IMG/VR virus record: IMGVR_UViG_3300028833_000142
Coordinates: 1-64,000 of that record
Direction: 5' to 3' (one strand)
DNA: 64,000 nucleotides
Origin: a virus
Taxonomy: Duplodnaviria > Caudoviricetes
Shown: positions 1-12,800 of the stretch, piece by piece
Numbering within the stretch: the first letter of the stretch is position 1
Layout of the letters: each line of letters starts with the position of its first letter
The notes under the pieces: generated by a model
Databases searched by the model: none
Seen by the model: the letters and a program-made list of their open reading frames with translations, nothing else
What the model was told of the DNA's origin: nothing
Translations under genes and position numbers: made by a program

Positions 1-1179
1 GAATATGACGCTAATGGTATAATAACACAAGATTTAGTTGAAATTTTAGACGAAAGAGAAAACAACCTTAAAAGAACTATGGGCGATGATTTTATTATTG
101 ATAAAACTACCCCTATAGGTAATATGGAATTAGCAGATGCTACCAATGAAGCTAATATACAAGATTTAATTGCTTGGTTAATACCAAACCAAATAGACGC
201 CAATACAGCTCAAGGTATATTTTTAGATGCTATTTGTGAAAAAAACAGAATATATAGAAAACAACCAGAATATACAAAAGTAAATTTTATTCTTAATGGT
301 ACAGCAGATACATTGTTTTATAGCGGTGATATTATTGTAGCTGATAGTTTGACTGGTGTATATTATGATTTGAATGAAGATGTGACTATAGGTTCAGACG
401 GTACAATATCAGCTCAATTTATATGCGAAGATTATGGTGAATATGTACCCACCTCTGGTTCTACCTTAGAAATTTTAACCCCAGTTGTAGGATTAAATAG
501 CGTAACATTAAACACAGAAAACCCTAATATTATTCTTGGTAGATTAGCAGAAACAGACGATGAATTAAGAGTGCGTAGACAATATAGTGTTGGTCAAACA
601 GCAACTACAACAATGGCTTCTATGTTGGCATCTATATACTCGTTAGATGGTGTGCTTCATGCTACATATTTTGAAAATGATACGTTATTAACAGATTCAC
701 ACGGTATACCTGCTAAAGCATTTGAATTTATAGTAGATGGCGGAGATGAAAACGAAATTAGTGATGTAATTTTCTATAATAAATCTATAGGTTCACAAGC
801 ATATGGAACTACAATTATAGAAAAAACCGATGAAGAAGGAAATGTGTATTCTATAGGGTTTTCAAAAGCTGATAAAGTGAACGCTGGAATGGAAATTGTT
901 TTAACAGTTTCCTCTTTACCTTCTGAAACTTGGATAAATAACGTTAAAAATGCATTAAAAGAAAAATTTGATAGTATACAAGGGATAGGTGATGACGTTA
1001 AAAATTATGATTATTTCACTGTTTTAACAACATTTTCTGGCATAAACAATATAGATTCTGTTAAAATTTATGATGTTGATGCAACTGGTACACCACTCTA
1101 CGACCAATTATCTATCGGCGAAAAACAAATAGGTAAATTAGATATAACAAATATTTCAATTACCACAGAAGTAGGTTAA
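1..1179 (+). CDS. Baseplate J-like protein (5'-partial; frame is open from base 1)
   Basis: Frame 1 is open from base 1 into the 79..1179 ORF. Motifs LDAICE, GRLAETDDELRVR, HATYFEN and GIPAKAFEFIVDGG are typical of baseplate J/gp47. Confidence 0.75.
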   Translation, partial: EYDANGIITQDLVEILDERENNLKRTMGDDFIIDKTTPIGNMELADATNEANIQDLIAWLIPNQIDANTAQGIFLDAICEKNRIYRKQPEYTKVNFILNGTADTLFYSGDIIVADSLTGVYYDLNEDVTIGSDGTISAQFICEDYGEYVPTSGSTLEILTPVVGLNSVTLNTENPNIILGRLAETDDELRVRRQYSVGQTATTTMASMLASIYSLDGVLHATYFENDTLLTDSHGIPAKAFEFIVDGGDENEISDVIFYNKSIGSQAYGTTIIEKTDEEGNVYSIGFSKADKVNAGMEIVLTVSSLPSETWINNVKNALKEKFDSIQGIGDDVKNYDYFTVLTTFSGINNIDSVKIYDVDATGTPLYDQLSIGEKQIGKLDITNISITTEVG

Positions 1180-1181
1180 AA

Positions 1182-3308
1182 ATGTATTATATAGACGATT
1201 ATAGACAACAAGCAATAAATAAAATTATACCTTATTTAATAGAATTTCCAGAAATAGTTTCTATTATTGAGAATTCTGCTGATAGATACCAAGCAATAGA
1301 AGATGTTTTATGGAGAATAGCTAATAATTTTAAAGTAATAAACTCTCGTGGTATATTTCTTAACGCTCACGCACACAATGAAGTAGTGGATTTAGTTTAT
1401 ACCGATAAAGCAAAAGATGCATTTACTTATGGAACAGAATTTCCAGAAACACAAGCTTTTGGAACTGGACATTTTTACTCACAGGCTTCATATCTTTCTG
1501 GTATATCAAAAGATGTTTCAGAGGACAAATTAATAAGAGCAGTACAAGAAAAGATTATACAAAATAATACAAACGGTACAATACAAGATTTTATTGAAGC
1601 TATGAAATTGCATTTTAATGCTACTTCAGTAGGTATATATGAAAGTTATCCTTTAGCTATTTCTTTAATGTTATCTGGTGAAAAATTAGAATTGTCTTCT
1701 TCTGGAAATAAAGAAGCTATTAAAAAATGTTTACCAGCTTGTGTAAGTTTAAATAATTTGTATATAAATGACCATTTATTTGACCAACTTATTTATAATA
1801 ATGAGTCTGGATATGCAAATGATAGTCGTTACCCTATAACACTTGGTGATAGTGATTATTTATATAAATACGTATCTACTGCTGTTAATTTAAACAGTAG
1901 TGATAAAGAATATATAAAAATTAACAGCCCATTTTATAATGTAGATTTTACTCAAGACGAAATACCTTTTGAATGTATTTGTGGGCAACTTACTAGATTA
2001 AACAACAATAGGGTTGTATACTCTATTATATATAATTCAACTAATGTTTATAAAATTTCGCTTATTACAACACAAATAGAGGGTGAATATTATTTTGTAT
2101 TGTCAAGAACTATGTGGGATGATGCAAATTCAATATGGCAAAATATAAGCACATTTAATACAAATATTAAAGCAGAATTAAATAAAGATTATACTTTTTT
2201 ACTAAGCATAAACCATGACTCTTTTGATTTCTTTAGAGCTTGGATTTTTGACGGTGTTAAACTTATAGGACAAAACTCTCTTCAAGATACGTCATGGGTA
2301 TATAATATTATACAAAATAATATAAATTTTACACAAATTCAGTTGAATACAACAAATATAAGTTATGATGAACAAAATATTGTAAATGCAGAAATTATAA
2401 ATTATAATAATAAAAATATAGATAATTATTCTGATTTTACATATTATTGTATATTGGGTGGCATATTAAATAATGAAAATAATATAGATGTAAATAATAA
2501 ATCATCTCATTACTATATAACTTGTTTTGGTGAAAAAAACATTTTATTTAATTGCTTATCTAATAATAATCATATTATAATAAATACAGACAGTATACTT
2601 CAAAATAATTTAACCGTAAAGCAAAGTTCTTATAATTATAAAAAATGGCACTCTAATGGTAAATATCTTAATATATATAATAAAAATAATCAACCAAGTA
2701 TAAGATGGAGCTCACAACAACCTATAGATTCACTCATAAATTCTTTTGATTTATCTTTTGATTTATGTTTACCTATAAATTCAACAGCAAATATATTAAA
2801 TGGTCTATTAGGTTCTAATACAAAATTTAATATATCTTACAACACTGAACAACAAAAATTGATATTAGTTTTACCTACATATACCTCTGGGAATGTAGAA
2901 GTGCCTTATACTATAGAAGTAAATTTATCTAATGAAGAATTTATTAAGAAATTTAATAATTTAAAAATAAAATATGCTGACAACAAAATATATATTTATA
3001 TAGATGATGTACTAATAAAAAGCGAAAATATATTAGACGTTAATATAAGGTATTTAAATGCTATATTAGAATTAGGTCCGATAAATGCTTTTGTTAAAGA
3101 TTTAATTTTTAATTGTGTTTATACAGATGGTGTAAATATATCGAATTTAGAATATGATTTACCTTTAACTGATAGTTTATATGAAAAAAATAATTTAATA
3201 CAACCAGTGAATTATAATGCAAGATTTTTAACTACACCGCAATTAGTAGATAACATAACAAATAAAGATTTATTTAATAATAAAACATTAAGAATAGTTA
3301 ATTTTTAA
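1182..3308 (+). CDS. Baseplate wedge/tail protein (DUF2612-like N-terminus)
   Basis: Directly follows baseplate J. N-terminal region (DDKLIRAVQEKIIQNNTNGTI-like, YESYPL) resembles P2 gpI-like proteins. Asn-rich C-terminal extension. Confidence 0.5.
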   Translation: MYYIDDYRQQAINKIIPYLIEFPEIVSIIENSADRYQAIEDVLWRIANNFKVINSRGIFLNAHAHNEVVDLVYTDKAKDAFTYGTEFPETQAFGTGHFYSQASYLSGISKDVSEDKLIRAVQEKIIQNNTNGTIQDFIEAMKLHFNATSVGIYESYPLAISLMLSGEKLELSSSGNKEAIKKCLPACVSLNNLYINDHLFDQLIYNNESGYANDSRYPITLGDSDYLYKYVSTAVNLNSSDKEYIKINSPFYNVDFTQDEIPFECICGQLTRLNNNRVVYSIIYNSTNVYKISLITTQIEGEYYFVLSRTMWDDANSIWQNISTFNTNIKAELNKDYTFLLSINHDSFDFFRAWIFDGVKLIGQNSLQDTSWVYNIIQNNINFTQIQLNTTNISYDEQNIVNAEIINYNNKNIDNYSDFTYYCILGGILNNENNIDVNNKSSHYYITCFGEKNILFNCLSNNNHIIINTDSILQNNLTVKQSSYNYKKWHSNGKYLNIYNKNNQPSIRWSSQQPIDSLINSFDLSFDLCLPINSTANILNGLLGSNTKFNISYNTEQQKLILVLPTYTSGNVEVPYTIEVNLSNEEFIKKFNNLKIKYADNKIYIYIDDVLIKSENILDVNIRYLNAILELGPINAFVKDLIFNCVYTDGVNISNLEYDLPLTDSLYEKNNLIQPVNYNARFLTTPQLVDNITNKDLFNNKTLRIVNF

Positions 3309-3321
3309 GTAGGAGTGAAAA

Positions 3322-4932
3322 ATGGCTTATCCAGAAGATTTAGATAGTAAATATAATTTAAGAAATTATAATTTTGCCGTAAATGATAATAATATTTTAC
3401 CATATGATGAATCGTTATTTAAAAGTGGTTATAGAAATGCTGATGAAAGCGATACTTTAAGTGTACCAGACGCACATAATGTAAACTGGATGTACGATAT
3501 TTTATATAGAAATTTGAGATATACAAAAGATACAGCGGTTGAAAACAAAAATCTTTTAGCTAATAAAATAGCTACTCCTACAACTATTGGTCAAATAAAG
3601 GTTGGTCAAGGACTTAGAGTATTATCTGATGGCACATTAACTTTAGAAAATCCTATGACTGGCGATAAACAATCTATAACATATGATATTCCAGTTGGTA
3701 TGTTTATGTTATGGAGTGGTTCATTTATACCTGAATATTTTATAGAACCAGATGGAACGTCAAGATTAAAAGCAGATTACCCAGAATTAATAACTTATGC
3801 CACTGAGAATAATTTATATGGCGAAGGTAAATTGTTTTATGATGACCCAGAAGATAATACTAAATTTATTGTATCTGATATGAGAGATGCGTTTATAAAA
3901 ACTGCGTCTTCTATAAATGATATAGGTATTTATACACCTGATGGTTTACCAACTTTGACTATACCTAGTTCTGGAAACCACTCTCATAGTGGTACTACTG
4001 GAAATGATTCCCCAGACCATTATCACGCTAGGGGTACACAGGACATTACTGGTACATTACCTGGTGAAAATACTAGAGAAAGCTCATGGTGGCAAAATGT
4101 AACAGGAGCTTTTTATAATGCTGGAACTACAAATAGTAAAAGAGGGCATTCTGCCGAAGATAGTGATAATACTAATTATAGCTTTAGGGCTTCTCGCTCA
4201 TGGACAGGTAGAAGTAGTGGTGCTGTTGCATCTAATGGTACAACTGCACAACGCCATCAGCACTCATTCAATATATCGAACACTGGTGCACATACGCATA
4301 GTATAACACATTTAGCTCAAACTAGAGAAGATGGTAAGGTTATGCCAGCGAACTGGAGTTTAAGACTTATATTAAAAGCTAAACCTACCCCGCAAGTTAG
4401 AACTGTTCCTATTGGTACAATACTTGATTATAGTGGCACCGTTGCACCAGACGGATTTATTATTGCTAATGGTTTTACAATACTTAAAAATGGTCATGAA
4501 GATTTATATAATTGGGCTATACAAAATGATTTAATGAAACCATATTCAGAATATACTAATGATGGTACACCTCATTCTTGTTATTATGAAGGTCCTACTG
4601 ATGATACATTTATAATACCTAATTTAGTTGGTGTATATAGAAGAGGTGAAAATGAAGATATAGGCGTATACGAACAAGATAGCGCACCAGATATACAAGG
4701 CACGTTTTTAACTAATGATGTAGGTTCTGCTTATTTAAGTGGTTCGTTTAATTATATTGGTGAATCATTAACACCAGGTTTTGCTGCATCTGGTACCGCA
4801 ACATCTATAGTTATGGATTTTAAAGCTTCAAATAATACAGATTCAACATTATACCCAAATGGTAATCCATATGGAAGAAAAAATATTGTACAACCTAAAA
4901 CCGTAAGAACACTTCCTATTTTGAAATACTAA
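3322..4932 (+). CDS. Tail fibre protein with two tail-collar domains
   Basis: Collar motifs IPVGMFMLWSG..PDG...YPEL and VPIGTILDYSGTVAPDGFIIANG; His-spaced GxHxH repeats; C-terminal QPKTVRTLPILKY. Confidence 0.8.
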   Translation: MAYPEDLDSKYNLRNYNFAVNDNNILPYDESLFKSGYRNADESDTLSVPDAHNVNWMYDILYRNLRYTKDTAVENKNLLANKIATPTTIGQIKVGQGLRVLSDGTLTLENPMTGDKQSITYDIPVGMFMLWSGSFIPEYFIEPDGTSRLKADYPELITYATENNLYGEGKLFYDDPEDNTKFIVSDMRDAFIKTASSINDIGIYTPDGLPTLTIPSSGNHSHSGTTGNDSPDHYHARGTQDITGTLPGENTRESSWWQNVTGAFYNAGTTNSKRGHSAEDSDNTNYSFRASRSWTGRSSGAVASNGTTAQRHQHSFNISNTGAHTHSITHLAQTREDGKVMPANWSLRLILKAKPTPQVRTVPIGTILDYSGTVAPDGFIIANGFTILKNGHEDLYNWAIQNDLMKPYSEYTNDGTPHSCYYEGPTDDTFIIPNLVGVYRRGENEDIGVYEQDSAPDIQGTFLTNDVGSAYLSGSFNYIGESLTPGFAASGTATSIVMDFKASNNTDSTLYPNGNPYGRKNIVQPKTVRTLPILKY

Positions 4933-4965
4933 ACTAAAATAAAATTGTAAATTGAAGGTTTTAAA

Positions 4966-5667
4966 ATGAAAATATATTTTTATAATCCAAATACTTTTGA
5001 ATATACATATTCTGGTGAAGCACAATACGACCCTGTAAATCCAGATTATCCGCTTGTACCACCGTGCGCAACACTTGTTGAACCTTTGCTAAATGAAAAA
5101 GGGTATGTTAATATATGGTGCAAAACACATTGGGAATATACAGAAGACCATCGTGGAGAAATATGGTATAACGCTAATTTAAAAAAATTAGTTATTATTA
5201 ATTTTATAGGTAAACTACCAGATTACTACTATACACCAGACAGTCCAATAGCTAATCCACCTGAAGGTTCATACTGGGAATGGGATAATGTAAATCAAAA
5301 ATGGGTACCGAATGTATCTTTGTATAAGATAGAAGTATATAATTCATTTAATGCAATTTGGGAATATAAAAATAACATACCATATACCTTTGATAGTCAT
5401 AGATATTTGTCTAAATGGAGAGATTTATATAATTCTATATATTCTACTCTTAAAGATGGCATAAAAGACCAATATAGACTTCAAGATTATGACGGTGGTT
5501 TATTTTATGTAAACCAAGCTCAAATGAGAGAAATTTATATAAAAATGGCTGAAGTTGTAGATAAAATGTATATGGACAAACAAGATTTAGAATTGTTTTT
5601 TAAAGAAAACAATGATTATCAGCAATTGTCTTTAAAATTGCAAGAATATTTAAGTAAAAAATATTAA
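4966..5667 (+). CDS. Tail fibre assembly/chaperone protein
   Basis: Follows the tail fibre. PPCATLVEP...W...EDHRGE pattern of Tfa-like proteins. Confidence 0.6.
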   Translation: MKIYFYNPNTFEYTYSGEAQYDPVNPDYPLVPPCATLVEPLLNEKGYVNIWCKTHWEYTEDHRGEIWYNANLKKLVIINFIGKLPDYYYTPDSPIANPPEGSYWEWDNVNQKWVPNVSLYKIEVYNSFNAIWEYKNNIPYTFDSHRYLSKWRDLYNSIYSTLKDGIKDQYRLQDYDGGLFYVNQAQMREIYIKMAEVVDKMYMDKQDLELFFKENNDYQQLSLKLQEYLSKKY

Positions 5668-5681
5668 GAAGGATATAAATT

Positions 5682-5960
5682 ATGGTAGATAAACCGAGTA
5701 AACCAAGTGGTATATGGGCATTAAAAGTAGATAACAGTGACAATCCTATATATTTTGCAGAAAATAGTGGAACTGTACAAGTTATGACTAATGAAGAATA
5801 TTTACAAGGTCGTAATATGACTGGTGAACCTGAAACTTTATTGGGAAGTATACCAGATATTCATAAGGAAGATTGGTTATTACAATATTTTACTCATCAT
5901 TTGGTTTATATCGAACAAATGTTAGACTACCTTGATGAACAAATATCTGGAGGCGTCTAA
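5682..5960 (+). CDS. Hypothetical tail-module protein
   Basis: RBS AAGGA and translational coupling to the next gene. Confidence 0.6.
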   Translation: MVDKPSKPSGIWALKVDNSDNPIYFAENSGTVQVMTNEEYLQGRNMTGEPETLLGSIPDIHKEDWLLQYFTHHLVYIEQMLDYLDEQISGGV

Positions 5961-6352
5961 TGATTAATACAATCGCAACAATTTTAGGTACTGGTGTAGT
6001 TGTAGGTGGTGCAATTGGAACAATTTTAACTGGTTTTTATAAAACAAACAAATCTGCACAACAAGATTATAAAGAAATAGAAGAAAAGTTTGATAAAAAA
6101 ATAGAAGATTTAAGAAGCAGTTTTGAAAATAAAGTAAAAGATAATCATTCTTCTATAAAAGAAGAATTAGATAAAATATCTTCTAAAATTGATAATATAA
6201 CAACAAATTATGTAAGTAATGAAAATTTTAAAACTTACGCTGATACAATGAATAAATTACTTGAAATGACGAGTGAAAGAATAGGTAGATTGGAAAATAC
6301 CTTAGAAGATATAAGAGAAGATATTACAATCGCATTAAAAAATAAAAATTAA
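5960..6352 (+). CDS. Single-TM coiled-coil protein (holin-like candidate)
   Basis: Gly-rich hydrophobic N-terminus followed by a charged coiled coil; located in the tail/lysis region. Confidence 0.4.
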   Translation: MINTIATILGTGVVVGGAIGTILTGFYKTNKSAQQDYKEIEEKFDKKIEDLRSSFENKVKDNHSSIKEELDKISSKIDNITTNYVSNENFKTYADTMNKLLEMTSERIGRLENTLEDIREDITIALKNKN

Positions 6353-6356
6353 AAAT

Positions 6357-6404
6357 GGCTCTGAAAACCCTTGGTATATAAGAGCAAAATTACAAAGTTT
6401 AAAT
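6357..6404 (+). repeat. Dispersed ~45-bp element, copy 1 (core AAACCCTTGGTATATAAG)
   Basis: Related copies at 21578-21625 (+), 60871-60916 (-) and 20451-20485 (-, degenerate). Confidence 0.8.
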
Positions 6405-6431
6405 CATTTTAATAAAAAGAGTTTAAAGAAA

Positions 6432-6809
6432 ATGGGAAATTATACATATAAAATTAAGAAGGGTTATAAGGGTCCAATAAATATTACTGTAAGAAATAGA
6501 GACGAAGATAAACCTATTGACCTTACTGGTTCAAAAATTTTAATTCAAATAAAAGATGAATTACAAGATGAATTTTATATAATAAATAAAACTATAACTG
6601 AAAATACAGATGTATATGTAGATGGTCGAATTGTATCCCCCGAAGAAGGTCAAATTATCATAAGGTTTAACGATGAAGATTATGATAAATTTGTTATTGA
6701 AAGAATATATTTTTTGACTATTTGGTGGGTAAAGGAAAATGAAGATTTTGCTAAAGTAATATCTTCTAATTGCGGTGAGCAACTACAATTTCAAGTTTGT
6801 TATCCATAA
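6432..6809 (+). CDS. BppU-like baseplate upper/adaptor protein
   Basis: PIDLTGSKILIQIK...EEGQIIIRF beta-sandwich pattern; immediately precedes the giant fibre gene. Confidence 0.45.
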   Translation: MGNYTYKIKKGYKGPINITVRNRDEDKPIDLTGSKILIQIKDELQDEFYIINKTITENTDVYVDGRIVSPEEGQIIIRFNDEDYDKFVIERIYFLTIWWVKENEDFAKVISSNCGEQLQFQVCYP

Positions 6810-6818
6810 GGAGTAAGA

Positions 6819-9800
6819 ATGGGACTAGATATAGATTTATATACACCAAAAATAGATATAGATGATGATGGTGCCGATGATATTATTATTGAAATCACTG
6901 GCTTAAAATCAATTAATAAATTTATAGGGCTAGAAGATACACCATTATATTATGATAATGGTAAATTTTTTAAAGTAGAAAACAATAAAATTGTATATAC
7001 AGATATACAATGGAAAGATATTTCTGGAAATATAGAAGATGCACCAGAAATTGTAGCTTTTATTGAAGATTTAATCGAAGAAATTTCTGCTAAAGTCGTG
7101 GATGACCATATATACCTCCACGATATAGCTAAAGATGCACATCCATATATACAAAATATAATTCACGAAAATTATGAAACATTAGATATTAAAATTGATA
7201 ATACAAAAGAAGAATTATCTCAAGATATTTCCAACTTAAATGATGCTTTAAATCAAGAAATTTCTGATAGAGAAACGGCAGATAACAACTTATCGGAAGA
7301 TATACAAGAAGAAATTTTAGCTAGGATTGAGGGTGACACAACACTTCAGAACGAGATAAATACAGTAAATACTAATTTACAAAACGAAATAGATGCTAGA
7401 ATTGAGGGTGACACAAACCTTTCAAATTCGTTAGATGAACTATCAAACAATTTAATACAAGAAGTATTAGATAGACAAGAACAAGATAGTATTTTACAAG
7501 AACAAATTACATCTAATTATAATGCTTTAGACGATAAAATTGATACAGAAATTTCTAATAGAACATCTGCCGATACAACCTTACAAAATAATATTGACAC
7601 TGAAGCATCAACAAGACAAAGTGCCGATTCCACATTGCAAGGTAATATTGACACGTTATCTGATACCGTTTCAAGTAATTATAATGACTTATCAGACCAA
7701 ATAGATAATTTATCTGATACTGTAACAAGTAATTACACAACATTAGATACTAAAATAGATAATATAAAAACATCACTTGAGGGTGATATTAACGATTTAT
7801 CGACAACCGTTTCAAATAATTACACTACTCTTGATGGCAAAATAACCAATCTTACTTCTACAGTAAGTGACAACTATACAGAACTTGATGGCAGAATAAC
7901 TGCTAATACAAATAATATTTCCGCTATTAATAGTAAAATACCTAATCAGGCTTCAAGCTCAAACCAGTTAGCCGATAAAGATTTCGTAAATTCATCTATT
8001 GCAACAAATACGGCTAATTTTATAGGTACTTTTAATTCTGTTGCAGAACTTGAAGCGTATACAGGTACGTTGACTAATAACGATTATGCCTTTGTTGCCA
8101 CCACTGATACAGCAGGGAATACACTTTATGACCGTTACAAATGGAATGGTTATGAATGGTTGTTCGAATATGAATTAAATAACTCTTCTTTTACAGCGGT
8201 ACAATGGGCAAGTATCAATTCTGGTGCTACTACTGAAAATATAAACCAAATTGCAATAAACGCAAATAATATCATTAATTTACAAACAAATAAACAAGAT
8301 AAACTTACCGCTGGTGCGAATATTCAAATAAACAATAATATTATATCTGCAACAGATACAACTTATACTGCTGGTTCTGGTATTTCTATTGAAAATAATG
8401 TTATTTCCAACACCCAAACTTCAGCAGTATGGGGTAATATTCAAGGTACATTGTCGGACCAGACGGATTTACAAACAGAGCTAAATAGTAAGCAGGATAG
8501 TCTTATAAGTGGTACAAATATAAAAACTATTAACCTAACAAGTATATTAGGTAGTGGTGATATATCAGTTGCAACTTCTGCGCAAGGTGCTTTAGCAGAT
8601 ACGGCATTACAACCTAATGATAATATTTCAGAGCTTATAAACGATGTTGGTTATATAACAAGTGAAGATTTACCTATTGTTAACAATGGTGTATTAACCA
8701 TTCAGGTAAACGGTGATGATTTAGCTAGTTTCAGCGCAAATCAATTTGGAAATACGACAGCAAATATTGTTGTCCCTGACAGTGCCACTTGGGGGAATAT
8801 AACAGGCATATTAAGTAATCAAACCGATTTACAAAATGCTTTAAATAACAAATATGATGCTTCAAATCCTAACGGTTACACTTCTAATATAGGTACAGTT
8901 ACGAGCGTTAATGATATTCAGCCTGTCGGAGGTAACGTAACGCTTTCAATCCCGACTGCAACGAGTGATTTAACAAATGATAGCGGATTTATAACAAGTG
9001 CCGATTTACCGACAGTCGACCAAATTTTTGACGGTACAAGCACTAACGCACAAAGTGGTGTAGCGATTATTACTGAACTTGCGAAAAAGCAAGACCTTCT
9101 CACTTCTTTTAATGCTGGAACTGACATTTCTATTATAGAAAGTACGATTATTGTTAGCGGAGATGGCTCTATTGAGCTTAATGAAGCTGAAAATGAAGGA
9201 CTTAATAGTGTAACACTTGAAGGTAAGTGTGAGCAACGCAATTTACCTAGTGAGTATACGCAGGTTGAGTATTTAGAGTCAAGTGGTACACAGTATATTG
9301 ATACTGGGGTAAAGCCTAACGCAAATCAAATAGTGGATATTAAATACACTTATGTAAGAATAGGATTCGTTTTTGGTTGCAGAGCTACGGAGTCAACACA
9401 ATATAGTGGTATCACTAACGAGGATGTCACTGGTAGTATTTTTAATATTCGTTGGGGGAATAAAGTTATTTATACAACATCCCCTCAGCCACAAGGCACT
9501 GTTACTGTGCATATTGAGAATGGTAATACTCGATTAAATAATAAATTAGTTTCGACGGATACATATGGTTCAAGTTTTTATGATGGAAATATTGTCTTGT
9601 TTAATATAAACCATGGTGGCGTCGTGCCGAATTGGTATATGAACTATGGTTATAATAAAATACATAGTTTTATTATTTCAGAAAATGGTACTCTTGTCCG
9701 CAACTTAATACCTTGTAGACATAATTCTGATAATGTATTAGGTATGTACGATACTGTAACAGACACTTTCTTGACTAATGCAGGCACAGGTAATTTTACC

Positions 9801-12800
9801 GCTGGTGCAGACGTAACAGCTCCATCACCTGAAACACCTATAGATATATGGTGTAATAACGGGGCGATTAAAGTAAATTCGCAAGGTCAAGTCTACACCG
9901 ACGGCACTACTGAAACGGTAACAGTCCATAGTGAAAATATCGCTCCGCTTTCTTCATCAACATCTTTCGATTTCTCAAACAATATATTAAGTAATATAAG
10001 AACAGATACGAGAACGGAATTTCAATTTCAGATTCAGGCATCCGTAGGTGGCAGTTGGAGAACAGTTGGAACTTTTCTCGTGACATCAACAGGGGTGAAA
10101 GAATATACTTTTGACATTCCTCCTGAAGTTACAGATATAAGAGTAAAGCACAATGGCGCAACAACAGATTTGGTTATCACTTCTGGTTTTGTTTTACCAG
10201 AGGGTTCTTATACAATACACTTTGACTGTCTTTCTTATAACCCAACTATCGTGGGTGGAATACAATTAAAAGATTTCGTATTTTGTCAAACACCTTATTT
10301 TAACGGTGGCACTGCAACTGCTGAAATGCTATTGGGTGTTGGTAATTATAAAGATACTCAAGAAGTATTAACTGGTAATGTAACAAGGAATGTTGGCATT
10401 AAGGTGCTTGACGGTAGTGAAGATTGGAGAGCTCACAAGACTTTAGAGGGTTGGTTTCAATTAGGTGAGCCTTTAGTTTACAATGGTATTGCTCCTGCTT
10501 TATGCACACATTATCCTTACAGTTCTGAACAAAGTTCAGAAGGTGTCTTTTTTAGTACAGGAAGAGATAGTATACCAACAAGTAGATTTATAATTGCGGA
10601 TAATGTAAACTTCCCCAATACAGGTATGATTGCAGAGTTTAAGCAATACCTTGCCGACCAATACGCAAACGGTACACCAGTTATAATAGTATATCCGCTT
10701 GAAGAGCCTACTACTGAAAGTGTAACAGGTCAACCGCTAAGCATTCAATCTGGTAATAATATAATAACTACAACTGGTTCAATAAATAATCTACCGATTT
10801 CAGCTAATTATAATAGGCAAGGCGGAACACTCATAAGTTTTACAAACGAAACAGGATATATAACGGGTATTACATCAGATGATGTTACAACTGCATTAGG
10901 CTATACCCCATATAATGCTACAAATCCCAGTGGTTATGAACCAAATGTGATTGAAACTATAAAAGTAAATGATAACGTTTTAACTCCTACAAATAAAACT
11001 GTTAATATTGTAGTTCCAACAAGTGCAAGTGATATTGGTGCATTACCTAATACTACAACTATTGAAGATTTGACTACTTCATCACAGCTTGTAGCTATAA
11101 ATTCAGGGGCAACAACTACAAATATTAATCAGATAGCGACTAATACAAGTGCAATATCTACAATTAATAATAAAATACCGAGTGCCGCAAGCGCAACAAA
11201 TCAATTAGCAGATAAAAATTTTGTAAATAGTTCTATTGCAACAAATACGGCGACATTTAGAGGCACATTTGATTCTGTTGCAGAACTTGAAGCGTATTCA
11301 GGTGAGAAAGATGATAACGACTATGCGTTTGTAACTGGAGTAGATAGTGATGGAAATACATATTACGATAGATATAAATACAATGGTACGACTTGGGTAT
11401 TTGAATATAGGTTGAATAATTCAAGTTTTACATCAGTGCAATGGAATGCTATCAATTCAGGAGCTAATATTACAAATATTGGACAAATTGCCACTAATAC
11501 ATCAAATATTACTAATTTGACTACTAATAAACAAGATGTTATAAGTGATTTAAGCACAATTAGAAGTAATGCTTCGGCGGGTGCAAATGCTGCTACTACT
11601 ATTGCTGGTTATGGAAATATCGTAACTCATAATGTAAATGAATTTGCAACGGCTACGCAAGGTGCTTTAGCAAGCACAGCATTACAACCTAACGATAATA
11701 TATCATCATTAATAAATGATGTAGGGTATATCACAAATGCAAGTCTTCCAACAGTTAATGATGCGACAATAACCATTCAAAAAAACGGTTTAAATATAGG
11801 TACATTTACGCTCAATCAAGAAAATAATGATACTTTAAATATAACCGTACCTACACAGGCAAGCGACATTGGGGCTATGCCTGATACCATAACTATTGAA
11901 GATTTAACAACAACGGCACAATTAAACGCATTAAATTCGGGTGCAACAACTTCAAATATTGGACAAATTACAACAAACCAAAACAATATTGCTGATATTA
12001 GAGCGTTAATTCCAGCACAAGCAACCACGTCAAATCAATTAGCCGATAAGAACTTTGTAAATTCATCTATTGCAACGAATACAGCTAATTTTATAGGAAC
12101 ATTTAATAGTGTTGCAGAACTTGAAGCATATAGCGGAACTTTGACCAATAATGATTATGCCTTTGTTGCCACCACTGATAGTGTAGGAAATACTTTATAT
12201 GACCGATATAAATATAATGCCGATAGTCAACAATGGATATTCGAATATGAACTAAATAACTCTTCTTTCACTGCTACACAGTTGGAGAGTATTAACTCTG
12301 GAATTACAAGTGGTGACGTTACACTTATAAGAACAGCATTACAACCTAATGACAATATATCTGAGCTTATTAATGATGTAGGTTATATAACAGGGATTAC
12401 AAGTTCTGATATAACTACGGCTTTAGGGTTTACACCTTATAATTCAACAAATCCAGCAGGCTATATAACAAGCTCTGCATTATCTCCATATGCTAGAACT
12501 TCTGATTTAGCAACAGTAGCCACGAGCGGAAGTTACAACGATTTGACGAATAAGCCGACTATTCCTGCTCCACAAGTTAATTCTGATTGGAATGCAACAA
12601 GTGGCGTCGCACAGATACTTAATAAACCAACTCTTGCAACTGTAGCGACAAGTGGCAGTTATAATGATTTGAGTAATAAGCCTACAATTCCAAGTGAAGT
12701 AACAGAAAATACTGTTAGTGATTGGGGATTTACTAAAAACACGGGTACAGTAACTTCTGTTAATAATATAAGCCCCGTTAACGGAAATATAACTTTAAAT

